Part shown: positions 14,299 to 27,600 of the stretch, one piece after another
Layout of the letters: every line of letters starts with the position of its first letter
Numbering within the stretch: position 1 is the first letter of the stretch
Assembly: GCA_951406725.2 (NCBI GenBank)
Contig: OX597817.1
Span: forward strand, 47,616,001 to 47,680,000
Source of the DNA: Octopus vulgaris
Lineage: Eukaryota
Direction of reading: 5' to 3'
Length of the DNA: 64,000 nt
The notes under the pieces: model-generated
Database searches by the model: none
What the model saw: only the letters and a program-made list of their open reading frames with translations
What the model was told of the DNA's origin: nothing
Program-made: the position numbers and the translations under genes

Positions 14299-15503
14299 CA
14301 CACATGACAGGCTTCTTTCAGTTTCCATCTACCAAATCCACTCACAAGGCGTTGGTCGGCCTTAGGCTATAATAGAAGACACTTGCCCAAGGTGCCACGC
14401 AGTGGGACTGAACCCGGAACCATGTGGTTCATAAGCAAACTACTTACCACACAGCCGCTCCTACACCTTCACAGGGAGATTTGGTGTGACACAGAATGTG
14501 ACAAGGCTGGCCCCTTTGAATTACAGGTACAACTCACTATCGCCAGCTGAGTGGACTGGGGCAACATGAAATAAAGGGTCTTGCTCAAGGATACAATACA
14601 CCACCGGAAATCGAACTCACAACCTTAAGATCATCAGCCAAATACCCTAACCACTGAGCCACGTACCTTCCATCACAACAAAAAGATAGAAAAAAACAGG
14701 AAACTTAAATGTGGTCACAGATTTCATGTTCTATTTCCAATTTTGTTCCAATTGTTTTTTAATTTGGTATACCAATTTAGTTTTGTGAGCTAATTACAAA
14801 AATTAAATTCTTTTTTTAAAAGAATTTTTTATTAATTTTTAAAATCAATTAATAAAAAGTTAATAGCTTTTAAAGTTTACAAATTTTAATTTCAGCCAGC
14901 CAGAAGCCACTGTTATAAACATGACTGTAAATCTGTTTCCATAGCGACAAGCAAAGCTGTAGTCTGTCTTGTTTTTATTGTAACAAGGAGGACGCTGTAT
15001 GTGTGCAACTGTAATACTTTCACCACTGCAACCACCACCACCACCACCACAAACAAGTTGTCTTTATATTTGCTTTCACTTTATTGCTTTCAGTCATTTT
15101 CTGACAGACAGCTACGGTGCAGCAAATGCCAGCTTCTGATTCCTGTTTTCTGATTGGCAGTATGTTGTGTCCTTGAGCAAGATACTTTATTTAACTTTGA
15201 ATCTCCAACATTTTCCTAAATTTTTTCTGGAATAAACAGAATCCCAAATTTGGATTCAGCATGAAATATTACACCAATATACCAAATCTGAAGATTTTCA
15301 AATAATTAAATAATTTCATTACAGAGATATACTTGCATAGCAAGTGACCTGATCTGAGATCGTGTGCTGGAACGAAAACAATTGCAGCATCAAAGGTGTT
15401 TATAAGCCATTTAAGAAACACACAAAATCCATTAGATTCACTTCAGCATTTAAATTTGTCAAAATATTTTCGTCACTTTGAAACCGCGACCTGTTCACGG
15501 AAT

Positions 15504-15554
15504 TTTGTCAGTGAACAGGTTGCGGTCTCAGAGCAACGAAAATACTTTGACAAA
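15504..15554 (+). ncRNA. Hammerhead-like motif with G3/C8 swapped core, inside a fold-back element (about 15380-15635)
   Basis: TTTGTCA-GTGAACA-G-GTTGC-ggtctcaga-GCAAC-GAAA-ATAC-TT-TGACAAA: 7-bp stem I, 5-bp stem II, minimal stem III. Confidence 0.55.
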
Positions 15555-17104
15555 TTAAATTTAAATGTTGAAGTGAATCTAACAGATTTTGTGTGTTTCT
15601 TAAATGGCTTATAAACACCTTCCATGCTGCAATTATAATTAAAAAATTTCTAAATCTGTAACAGCAACCAAAAATATCCCAAAACACTTATTATCATCAA
15701 AAAGGTTTCATTCCAAAATGATCACATTTAAGTCATTTGAGACTAATTAATTTAGAATTGCTAATATCCCACCAATAAGCTCACATCAGTGAACAGGAAA
15801 AGCTTAACCCAGTAGCATTTAAACCGGTCATAAGTGGCCCCAATATTCTATGTGTTTTATGCTAAAAATCACCAGATCCAAGCTCTCACATCTTCTCAAC
15901 AATGTCATTCTAAAAATATACACTCACATCATCAAAATTTTGAAGCTACAAGACAATGCAGAACTAATTCCAAAGTATGTGAATATATAAACATGTTAAC
16001 AAATTCTGCCAGGTTGCAGACTTGTTTCACACATATATTAACATGAAATTTGGATGGAAAAATTAAATTTTATTACTTTGAAATTGCAAGCTTGTATCAC
16101 TGAACCGAAAGTGGTCTCAGGTGCGTTGGTATCAAAAGGGTTAATTGTGACAAAGTTGTTTTATTAAATTCTTCATTAAATTCTTCATTCTTTCAAAATT
16201 AATAGAAACAGAAGCAGCATATTTCAACAGAGATCATCATCATCATTATCATCGTTGTCATCGTCGTCGCTTAATGTCCGCTTTCCATGCTAGCATGGGT
16301 TGGATGGTTTGACTGAGGACTGGCAAGCCAGGAGGCTGCACCAGGCTCCAATCTGATCTGGCAAGGTTTCTACAGATGGATGCCCTTCCTAATGCCAACC
16401 ACTGAGAGTGCAGTGAGGGTGCTTTTTACGTGCCACCAGCATGGGAGCCAGTCAGGTGGCACAGGCATTGGCCACGCTCAAATGGAGCTTTTTATGTGCC
16501 ACCAGTATGGGGGTCAGTCAGGAGGTACTGGCATTAGTCATGCACAAATGAGGCTTTTTTACGTGCGACCAGCACAGGAGCCAGTCAGGTGGCTGAATGC
16601 TGAAGGGTCAATAGAGCTAACCCTTTTGTTACTATATTTATTTTGAGATACTCTGTGTTTCTTTCAATTAATTTTAGATATAACAAAGAATTAAGTAAAA
16701 TTATTTAGTTATCAAGTTAGTGTTAGGAACATAAACAGTGACTAAGGTTTGGTGGAAGATTTTAATTCAGAACTTTTGAAAGCAAGGCATTTGTACTACA
16801 GAGCCAGAGGTGATTTCAGCCGGATTGGTATCAAAAGGGTTAAACAAGAGACAATATGATTGGTTCAGAACCCTCACATGAAATGTCATATTTGAAAGGT
16901 AACAGTGTCTTCTACAATAGCCTCGGGCCAACCAAAGCCTTGTGAGTAGATTTGGTAGACAGAAACTGAAAGACTATTGAAAAGGTTGCAACAAAAATTT
17001 TAGGAAAATAAAAATAAGAAATAAGTGGAAATTTTACCGGCGAGTGTATTACATTATAAGGCACAAAAAGAAAATGACTCTCCCCAGACACAACAGTGTG
17101 TGTA

Positions 17105-17138
<34 letters not shown>

Positions 17139-17598
17139 GTGGAGGCGCAATGGCCAAGTGGTTAGGGCAGCAGACTCAAGGTTGTAGGATCGCAGTTTCG
17201 ATTCTTAGACCGGGTGTTGTGAGTGTTTATTGACCGAAAACACCCAAAGCTCCACGAGGAACCGGCAGGGGGTGGTGGCGATCCCTGCTGTACTCTTTCA
17301 CCACAACTTTCTCTCACTCTTTCTTCTGTTGGCCTGCTCACTTAGCCAGCGGGGTGGCGTCATTTGAAGGCTAAAACAATGCAAAGCGCATTGTGACCAG
17401 CGATGTGTAGCAACATCTGATAGCCTGGTTGGTCACGATGATCACAGTGGTGTGTGTGTGTGTGTATGAAAAAAAAAACTCAACTACTATCCTTGTCTCA
17501 TTGGTAAATAAACTGTAATCTCAATATTAGGACACTTAAAATGTGTTTTGTTTCAATGCTGTATGGTAGAACAAAATATATCTATATATATATATCTA

Positions 17599-17635
<37 letters not shown>

Positions 17636-17639
17636 AAAT

Positions 17640-17915
17640 GTATCTGCAAGTCATCATTAACAAACTCAAACAAACGGATGAATGACCATCGCTTCTAACT
17701 AAATGACATAAAATCAGAAATAATAGTCTTCCTCACTAACGAACATATTGATTTTATCATAGAAACCATCTATCTTAATGACATAAAACTAGTAAACTCT
17801 TATGAGGACAAACATCTTGATGTTATATTTCAAAGATATATGATCTTTAATCAACACATAAATCAGATCAGCAAGATACTCTTTAAAACACAAAGGAATC
17901 CAAGAAGATTCTCAC
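17640..17915 (+). mobile_element. Degraded L2/CR1-type RT C-terminal fragment
   Basis: MNDHRF*LNDIKSEIIVF..KHLDVIFQRYMIFNQHINQISK resembles the WMxxNxLxLNxxKTE..LGVIFDxxLxFxxHI segment. Confidence 0.55.
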
Positions 17916-18124
17916 CGACACCGTTAACTTTGTTGTCATGGTGCAGGCGGAGATGTGCGGTTAACAAGCTTGCTTTGCAACTATGTGTTTCTGGGTTCAG
18001 TCCCACAGGACAGCATCCTGGGCCAATTTTTTTTTTGTTTTTTCTACCATAGTCCCATAGCCCTGGGCCAACCGATGTCTTGTTAAGGCATTTGGAAGAC
18101 AGAAACTGTGCAGAAGCCTATTGT

Positions 18125-19035
18125 ATATTTGTGTGTGTGTTTGCATGGGTGTGTGTGTTTATGTGTTCGCATGAGTGTGTGGGGGGGTTATGTGTTTGCA
18201 CGGGTGTGAGTGTGTTTGCATGTATGAGTGTGTGTGTGCTTATGTTTCCATGGGTGTGTGTGTTTATGTGTTGGTGTGGGTGTTTATGTGTTCGCATGAG
18301 TGTGTGTGGGGTTGTTTATGTGTTTGCACGGATGAGTGTTTGCATGTATGTGTGTGTGTGCGTGTGCTTATGTGTTTGCATGGGTGTGTGTGTGTTTATG
18401 TGTTGGTGTGGGTGTGTGTGTTTATGTGTTCGCATGAGTGTGTGTGGGGTTGTTTATGTGTTTGCACGGATGAGTGTTTGCATGTATGTGTGTGTGTGTG
18501 TATGCTTATGTGTGTGTGTTTATGTGTTGGTGTGGGTGTGTGTGTTTATGTGTTTGCATGAGTGTGTGTGGGGTTGTTTATGTGTTTGCACGGATGAGTG
18601 TGTTTGCATGTATGTGTGTGTGTGTATGTATGCTTATGTGTTTGCATGGGTGTGTGTGTGTTTATGTGTTGGTGTGGGTGTGTGTGTGTTTATGTGTTCA
18701 CATGAGTGTGTGTGGGGTTGTTTATGTGTTTGCATGTATGTGTGTGTGTGTGTATGCTTATGTGTTTGCATGGGTGTGTGTGTGTGTGTTTATGTGTTGG
18801 TGTGGGTGTGTGTGTTTATGTGTTTGCATGGGTGTGTGTGTATGTATGTGTGTGTGTGCATGTGCTTATGTGTTTGCATGGGTGTGTGTGTGTGTGTGTA
18901 TTTGCATTATGTGTGTGTGTGCATGTGCTTATGTGTTTGCATGGGTGTGTGTATGTGTGTGTTTTTATATGTTTGCATGGTTGTGGGTGTGTGCGTGTTT
19001 ACATGTTTGCATCGGTGTGTATGTGGGTGTGTGTT
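18125..19035. repeat. (GT)n-derived minisatellite with about 120-bp higher-order units
   Basis: Recurring blocks gtttgcatgggtgtgtg / tttatgtgttggtgtggg / ttcgcatgag / gttgtttatgtgtttgcacggatgag. Confidence 0.85.
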
Positions 19036-20918
19036 ATCATCATTACCATTTAACATCCGTTTTCCATGCTGGCATCGCATAGAGTTGGATGATTCGACAG
19101 AAGCTGGCAAGCCAGAGGACTGTGCCAAGCTTTGATGTCCGCTTTGGCACAGCTTCTTCCAGACTACAGAGTATGTATGAAATTGATGCATATTTCCAGG
19201 TATTCCTGCATCAAAGCTGGGAACAACATAACACACCTGATAATTTGTAAAATATCTCAAAACTAATTGTTCCCATCAATAAAATTCGCATATTAATCTG
19301 TAAAATAAACAAAAAAAAATATTTTCTAATCTTGCTTTCTGTATTTTATCAGAAACATTACATTAAGCCAATCAGCAACATCATTACAGCAGTGAGAATG
19401 AATTAATCATTGTGATGTCAAATCACTTATTATGTAACCACCAGAAGAAGCTTGTTTCCCAACCAAAAGGTCCCAGGTTCAGTTCCACTGTGTGGTACCT
19501 TGGGTGAGTGTCTTCTACTACAGCCTTGGGCCAACCAAAGCCTTGTGAGTGGATTTGGTAGACAGAATCTGAAAGAAGCCTATCGTATATGGGCAATTCC
19601 ATGTGAAAAGAGGCAAAAGCTGAAAAATTATAAAGCTGGGCTACAATGATTTATGTATTTTGATGTTCCCATAAACCAATAGGATTCAAAAAAGTTAAAA
19701 GAAATTTCCTGGTCACATGACTGAAAGAAGCCCGTCGTATATATGTATATATATGTGTGTGTGTGTGTGTGTTTGTCCCCCCAACATCGCTTGACAACCA
19801 ATGCTGGCAAAACAGACCAATAGAATAAGTACTAGGCTTACAAAGAATAAGTCCTGGGGGCGATTTTCTCGACTAAAGGTGGTGCTCCAGCATGGCCACA
19901 GTCAAATGACTGAAACAAGTAAAAGAATAAAAGAGTAATGCCAAGTAGGCAGCACCAAAACGGTTGTGCCAAAACTAATCATTTCAGCTGTCATTACTAA
20001 ATGCAACAAATTTGTTTTTTTGCCAAAGGAACAGAATATATAATACAAACAGCCTTTCTCTAAGATGCCTTCAAGCCCATAATAATACAGCAATGGTGAG
20101 TGGTCAATTGCTTCATCAGTCATCATTACTCATGTGATGATGATGATGCTGATTGGCTAAATCTATGACTTCTACTAAAAGACTAATGTGTAACTTTTTA
20201 TCAATGAGGACAATCAGCTTTGAGATTTATATAATAATTCATGAATTATCAAGTATGAATTAAGATGCCCCAGGTTGTTGCAGGAAACAAAGCTGGATGC
20301 GTTGTGGCCTATTTCTTACTTGATTAACTTCTTCCAAAAAGAAAAACTCATTCAACCATTAATAATGGTCAAAGAAAAAAAGAAAAAAAAAAAAAGAACA
20401 GTTCTGAAATATGAAATCTACAGCCTGTAATCATTTGAGAAATCTTAGACTGTTGCAGATTATAAAAACAAAACAGAACAATAAAGAAAAACAAGAGGAG
20501 GAGGTAAGTTTTCAGCTATTCAGGATATAATTTCTTTAACCTGAGATGATATGCTGTTAAAATGGTCCACAGCAGAGCAATAAAGATATCAGTTGCTGTG
20601 TTTGACAGAATGCTGCAGCAGCAGCAGCCATGGAGTGACATATTCACTTCAAGGCAATATAAAAGAATCAATATGTGTGTGTGTGTGTATCTGTATGTAT
20701 TTGTGTGTATGTATATCTGTATGTATGTATATATATATATATATATGTGTGTGTGTGGCTGTGTGGTAAGTAACTTGCTAACCAACCACATGGTTCTGAG
20801 TTCAGTCCCACTGCGTGGCATCTTGGGCAAGTGTCTTCTGCTATAGCTTCGGGCCGACCAATGCCTTGTGAGTGAATTTGGTAGACGGAAGCTGAAAGAA
20901 GCCTGTCGTATATATGTA

Positions 20919-20963
<45 letters not shown>

Positions 20964-21261
20964 GTGTGTGTGTGTGTTTGTGTGTGTGTTTGTCCCCCCT
21001 AGCATTGCTTGACAACCGATGTCGGAGTGTTTACGTCCCCGTCACTTAGCGGTTCGGCAAAAGAGACCGATTTACCTTAAAATTTCAAATAAATTTATTT
21101 TAATATGGGATAGGACTTTTGGCAGTAATTACAGCTTGAATTCTATGAGGTATGGACAAGTACAAAGTTTGAATTGTTTCCAAAGGAATTTTTGACCATC
21201 ATCATCATCATTTAACATCTGCTTTCCTCGCTAGCATGGGTTGGATAGTTTGACTGAGGAC

Positions 21262-21565
21262 TCCAGTTCTTGTAGTGATGATGGTGGTGGATATCGACTC
21301 CTTACTTGTTTTTCTAAAATGCACCATAAATGTTCAATAATATTGAGATCTGGGGACTGTGGTGGCCAGATAAGATGTTCAACTTCACTAGAATGTCCTT
21401 GTGCCATTCAGTAACAACTTTAGCTGTGGGAATTGGTGCATTATCATCCTGAAAGATTGCGTTTCCATTCCAGAAACAGTTCCACAAACCTTAGGATGAA
21501 TTTGAGCAGATAAAATGCTTAAATAGTCTTCACTATTAATTCTGCCATGAAGGGGAACCATTGGG
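21262..21565 (-). mobile_element. Tc1-type transposase remnant (DDE catalytic region)
   Basis: GRINSEDYLSIL, IFQDDNAPIPTAKVVTEW, IWPPQSPDLNIIEHLWCILEKQVRSRYPPPSSLQEL, with frameshifts between the segments. Confidence 0.88.
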
Positions 21566-24500
21566 AGAGTGGGGGATCAGTCGATTAGATTGACACCAAT
21601 ATGCATCTGGTACTTTATTGACCCTGAAAGGATGAAAGGCAAAATTGACCTCAGCAGAATTTGAACTCAAAACAAAAACAAACGAAATACTGCTAAGCAT
21701 TTCTCCTTGCATGAATATGTTTTGTATACTACTCTTTTACTTGTTTCAGTCACTTGACTGTGGCCATGCTGGAGCACTGCTTTTAGTCAAGAAAATCAAC
21801 CCCAGGTCTTATTCTTTGTAAGCCTAGTACTTATTCTATCAGTCTCTTTTGCCGAACCGCTATGTTATGGGGACATAAACTAGCATCGTTGTCAAGCAAT
21901 GTTGGGGGGGACAAACACAGGCACACAAACATATTCACATACACATACATATATATATATATATATATACATATATACGATGGGCTTCTTTCAGTTTCCA
22001 TCTAACAAATCCACTCACAAGGCTTTGTTTGGCCCAAGGCTATAGTAGAAGACACTTGCTCAAGGTGCCACGCAGTGGGACTGAACCCGGAACCATGTGG
22101 TTCGTAAGCAAGCTACTTACTACACAGCCGAAGTTCATAACGTAATTGTTTATTCCTTTGTCTTTCTAAACGTGAGTTCATGGCTGTTTCCTGCACCAGT
22201 TTCACATAGAAGCCCCAGCCCATCCAAAGTCCCTTGGATCGCAGGACGACCTGCTGTGCTTTCCTTGAATTGTAGGGCGATCTGCTGTGCTTGAGGAGAC
22301 CTATTGAGTCAAGTACATCAACATCAAAAAATCAAAGGGAAATTGTAGTTGGGATACCTGTGCCAGTGGCACGTAAAAAGCACCATCCGAATGTGGCCAA
22401 TGCCAGTGCCGCCTTAACTGGCTTCCGTGCCAGCGGCACGTAAAAAGCACCAACTGATTGTGGCCATTGCCAGCCACCCCTGGCACCTGTGCCAGTGGCA
22501 CGTAAAAAGCACCCTCTACACTCACGGAGTGTTTGGCGTTAGGGAGGGCATCCAACTGTAGAAACACAGCCAGATCAGACTGGAGCCTGGTACAGCCTCC
22601 TGGCTTCACAGACCCTGGTTGAACCGTCCAACCCATGGAAAACAGACGTTAGATGATGATGATGACACACACACACATATATATACATATATACAACAGG
22701 CTTCTTTCAGTTTCCATCTACCAAATCCATCCACAAGGCTTTGGTCGACCCGAGGCTAAAGTAGAAGACACTTGCCCAAGGTGCTACGCAGTGGCACTGA
22801 ACTCGGAACCATGTGGTTTGTAAGCAAGCTACTTACTACACAGCCAAAGTTCATAACGTAATTCCTTTGTCAGTCTAATTTCTTACACACACACACACAC
22901 ACAAACACACATATCCCATGCTTCTGTTTCTTCACAGTATGAAAGCGAGAACTTAAGGACAACCTATCTGAGAAACAAGACCATTCTAGACACATTTATA
23001 TTGGTTAAGAAATAAAATGGTTATCATCTTCTGGTGCAACATTTTAGTTTTACTTCTGCTGCTTCGAAAAGTTCCATTTAAAATGTGGTGCAAGATATAC
23101 CAATACTCATGCTTGAATAATTGCCAGGAGAGGAGGCTTTCATTTCAGTTAATGGGAGAAGCATCCAGCTATAAACCTATTCTCCTACAATTCAAATGCA
23201 AACATTCCAAATTTTCTTTCATTTCCTTTGAATAACGATACAGAGTAGAAAAAAAAAATTTTTTTAAGGAGAGCAGAAAGAGGGTTATGTAATACCAGGC
23301 CTTTGGAGACGGCATCAATAACATGAAAGAGCTACTACAACCAGGAGTGAAAAGTCGGGTGACCAACTTACCTTAGTATAAGGCTTTGCTCCAGTTTTTG
23401 ATGCTCACAGTAAATATTTCAAAACATTCAAACATTGATATGATTAATAGATGAAAAAATATGGATGGGTACAGACATGGCTGTGTGGTAAGAAGTTTGC
23501 TTTCCAGCCACATGGTTCTGGGTTCAATCTGACTGCATGGCACCTGGAACAAGTGTCTTCTACTATAGCCTCAGGCTGGCCAAAACCTTGAGTGGATTTG
23601 GTAGATGGAAATTGAAAGAAGCCCATCATGTGTGTGTGTGTGTGTGTGTGTCTGTTTGTTCCCCCACTACACTGCATAACAACCAGTGTTGTTTTGTTTA
23701 CATCCCTGTAACTTAGCAGTTTGGCATAAGAGATCCATGGAATAAATACCTATTTCTTTACTACCCACAAGGGGCTAAACACAGAGGGGACAAACAAGGA
23801 CAGACAAACGGATTAAGTCAATTACATCGACACCAGTGGGTAACTGGTACTTAATTTATCGACCCCGAAAGGATGAAAGGCAAAGTCGACCTCAGTAGAA
23901 TTTGAACTCAGAACATAATACCAGACAAAATACGGCTACGCATTTCGCCCGGCATGCTAACGTTTCTGCCAGCTTGCTGCCAATACCAGGCTTAAAAAAG
24001 TGCTGGGGTTGATTCATTGGACTAAAAATTCTTTAAGGCAGTGCTCCAGCATGGCCACAGTCTAATGAGTGGAAAAAGTAAAAGGTAAAAGATATAAATG
24101 GCTATAACCAGGAGTGAAAAAGCAAATCACAAGCTCACCTCAGAAAAAGGATCCACTCCACCCTTTGATATTCAGGGAAAATATTTCAAAATATTCAAAC
24201 ATCAACATGGTAGTATCGGTGAAAAAAGAAATATGGTTAGATGGTGATTTTTCAGAAAAAAAACAATCCCAGCCTTAGCATCAAATCGAGATAAAGATGA
24301 AGCTGCTTTAGAAAGACTCTGCATAAATGGCAATCTAGATATAACAGGAAACGAATACAGTATAGGAGAGCCATGGTTGATCTACTTAACTCATTACAAT
24401 TTTGGAAGGAAAACACAAACACAAACACTTATTAGAAAAATGACATGGCATGGCAAAGTATGACAGGACACTGAATGCTGAATATCTAAGATAAACATAT

Positions 24501-25312
24501 TAGAATATATTTATTATAAAGTAAAGGAAAAAAAAATGCGAACATGGTCAGAAACGTCAAAAGCAAATAAGCCTGTAAAACCAAAGAGACTATATATATA
24601 TATATAGACACGAAGAAAACGTATATGATGTGGTTTTAAGATAAAAGATAGGGGAATCCATATGTATAGTACGGATTAAGAGATAAAACTTGTTTTCAGT
24701 TTGATCATAGAAGTAGAAAGAAAGATCAAGACTTTGAGTAGCCGTGTTTGCTTTGATGTAAGAGTGGTTCGTAAAAGACAAGAGATAATATACCTGAAAT
24801 AAAAATATCATACATTAAAATTTTGGTTACATAGAGCAGAAACTATTTCTGTCTATATAGGGTATGTGAATGTATCATGCATACATCTCTGAATTATGAG
24901 CATATATACATACATATATGTATAGAGAGAGAGAGAGCAAATATTCATGCAGAAAAATTAATATGTATGCATATGTGTGTATATAACATAAGTATTTGTA
25001 GCTGCATAAAAACAATGAACATTTTATTCTAATAATGTTGGAAGTAACTTTGAAGTCTTACCACTGGTGGCTTCTTCACCACCTGTGAAATTCCAAAGTA
25101 ACTATCAATATCCTAATAAATAAGTACACACACACAGAGTCCATAAATTATCTTTACAGCTTCCACAATAAAAGTGTAGGAGTTGTAAAGATAATTTATG
25201 AACATCTTATCTATGTGTAAATGTTTTATAAATATATTATATATAATATATATATATATAGGTTTGGTGATGCAAACAGGAAAAATAGAACTCAAAACAT
25301 GAGTACATGTAT

Positions 25313-25540
25313 ATATGGCATAGTGCTTAAGAGCGCAGGCTACTAACCCCAAAATTCCGAGTTCAATTCCAGACAGTGACCTGAATAATAATAATAACAT
25401 CGAAAAAGACCTTAGGAATGAGAATCCAGGTTCAAAATTTCTCCAAGACACCTGATGAAGGCTTGAGGGTATATCAGCCAAAATGTTGTGTTAACAGCAA
25501 ACAAGATGAGGAAAAATATCCATCAAATGTAAATAATGTA
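25313..25540 (+). mobile_element. Family 1 tRNA-head/HHR element copy
   Basis: Collinear with 37932-38162. CTGATGA is intact at 25452, while GAAAC has decayed to AAAAT (CpG-type changes). Confidence 0.7.
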
Positions 25541-26192
25541 AATGTATATATTTTTTATTAATATCTAGCAAAAGCAACAGAGTGACTCAAGGGCCAAGAG
25601 TTTCATGAGTTGGCACTAACCAAATTGATAAGTTCCAACACACGAGACTCTAGGCCAGTATTTCTCAAGCAAGGTTCTCCAGAACCCTAGAGTTCCACAA
25701 GAAAGATTGAGAAAGTCTAATGCCAATTTCATGGTCGTAATATTACTATAGCTGCACAACATATTATTGGTTATTGTAATACAGACATTATCCTGTCTAA
25801 TCTATTATCAAAAAATATAACAACCATTGGGGATATATTTAGTGATGTCTGTAATTTATGGACACCCTATATATATATAGGAGTAGATGAAATGGACAAC
25901 TGATGAAGGGGAACATTCTTTATGTTACATGTCTCGTTTCTCTGGGGTTTTTTTGTTGTTCGAAAAAAGTTTGTTTTCTATGTTTTTCTTTTTATGTTTT
26001 CGTTTCTCATTGTGTTCAACGTTTTTTCGATGTCCTATACCCATATATGCATGTATATATACATATATATGTATGTACATAAATGTATGTATATATGCAT
26101 ATATTTATATATTATCTATATTATTATATGATTGAACGCCACGCACCCTTTTCCAAGTAAGTTTTATCTTATATATATATATATATATATAT

Positions 26193-26952
26193 ATCATCAT
26201 CATCATCGTTTATCCGCTTTCCATGCTAGCATGGGTTGGATGGTTCAACTGGGGTCTGGCAAGCCCGAAGGCTGCACCGGCCAGTCAGATCTGGCAGTGT
26301 TTCTACAGCTGGATGCCCTTCCTAACGCCAACCACTCCAAGAGTGTAGTGGGTGATTTTATGTGCCACCGACACAGGTGCCAGACGAGGCTGGCAGACGG
26401 TCACGCTCGAATGGTGTTTTTTATGTGCCACCGACACAGGTGCCAGACGAGGCTGGCGGACGGCTACGATCGGATGGTGTTTGTTACGTGCCCACAGCAC
26501 GGGGCCAGTCGATGCGGTACTGGCTACGGTCCCGTTCGGATGGTTTTCTTATGTGCCACCGGCACTGGTACCACAAGGATACAAATTCCATTGATGTTCA
26601 TCTATTGATTTGATTCGATTTGACTTGACTTTCACTTGCCTCAACAGGTCTTCACAAGTATCACAAGCAGGAAGGTATGCACAGGTGGACGACTACGTCC
26701 CAGTGGCCAGCATGGCTTCACTAGTCTTGCCGGGTCTTCTCACGCACAGCATACTTCCATAGGTCTCGGTCTCTAGTCATTTCCCAGGTGAGACCTAACG
26801 TTCGAAGGTTGTGCTTCACCACCTCGTCCCAGGTTTTCCTGGGTCTACCTCTTCCACGGGTTCCCTCAACTGCTAGGGATTGGCACTTTCTCACACACCT
26901 ATCTTCATCCATTCTCGCCACATGACCATACCAGCGCAATCGTCTCTCTTGC
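26193..26952 (-). mobile_element. RTE-clade LINE 3' end
   Basis: QERRLRWYGHVARMDEDRCVRKC..GRGRPRKTWDEVV, followed by 3' UTR repeats and the tail. Confidence 0.85.
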
Positions 26953-26984
<32 letters not shown>

Positions 26985-26985
<1 letters not shown>

Positions 26986-27600
26986 CCTTCCTTCTTGTGA
27001 CACTTGTGAAGACCTGTTGAGGCAAGTGAAAATCAAACAAAATCAAAATAGATGAACATCAATGGAATTTGTATCTTTGTGGTACCAGTGCCGGTGGCAC
27101 ACAAGAAAACCATCCGAACGTGGCCGTAGCCAGTACCGCACCGACTGGCCTCCATGCTGTGGGCACGTAACAATCACCATCCAATCGTGGCCAATCGCCA
27201 GCCTAATCTGGCTCCTGTGTCGGTGGCACATAAAAAACACCATCCGAGCGTGGTCGTTCTAGCCTTGTCTGGCACCTGTGTCGGTGGCACATAAAAACAC
27301 CATCCGCGTGGCCGTTCGCCAGCTTCGTCTGGCACCTGTGTCGGTGGACACATAAAAGCACCATCCGAGCGTGGCCGTTCGCCAGCTCTCGTCTGGCACC
27401 TGTGTCGGTGGCACATAAAATCACCCACTACACTCTCGGAGTGGTTGGCGTTAGGAAGGGCATCCAGCTGTAGAAACACTGCCAGATCTGACTGGCCTGG
27501 TGCAGCCTTCCAGCTTCCCAGACCCCAGTTGAACCGTCCAACCCATGCTAGCATGGAAAGCGGACGTTAAATGATGATGATGATGATGATGATGATGATG
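26985..27600 (+). mobile_element. RTE-related 3' UTR element, same subfamily as 26193-26660 but inverted
   Basis: Reverse complement of the neighbouring copy, sharing ggcacataaaa/acccactacactc units and a (GAT)n tail. A third copy of the subfamily lies at about 53705-54125. Confidence 0.8.

Noticed and set aside
25895-25930. CTGATGAAGG here and CTGATGAGG at about 59702; CTGATGA on the minus strand near 40290 and 40695
   Set aside because: No closing hairpin plus GAAA-NUH could be built in these copies.
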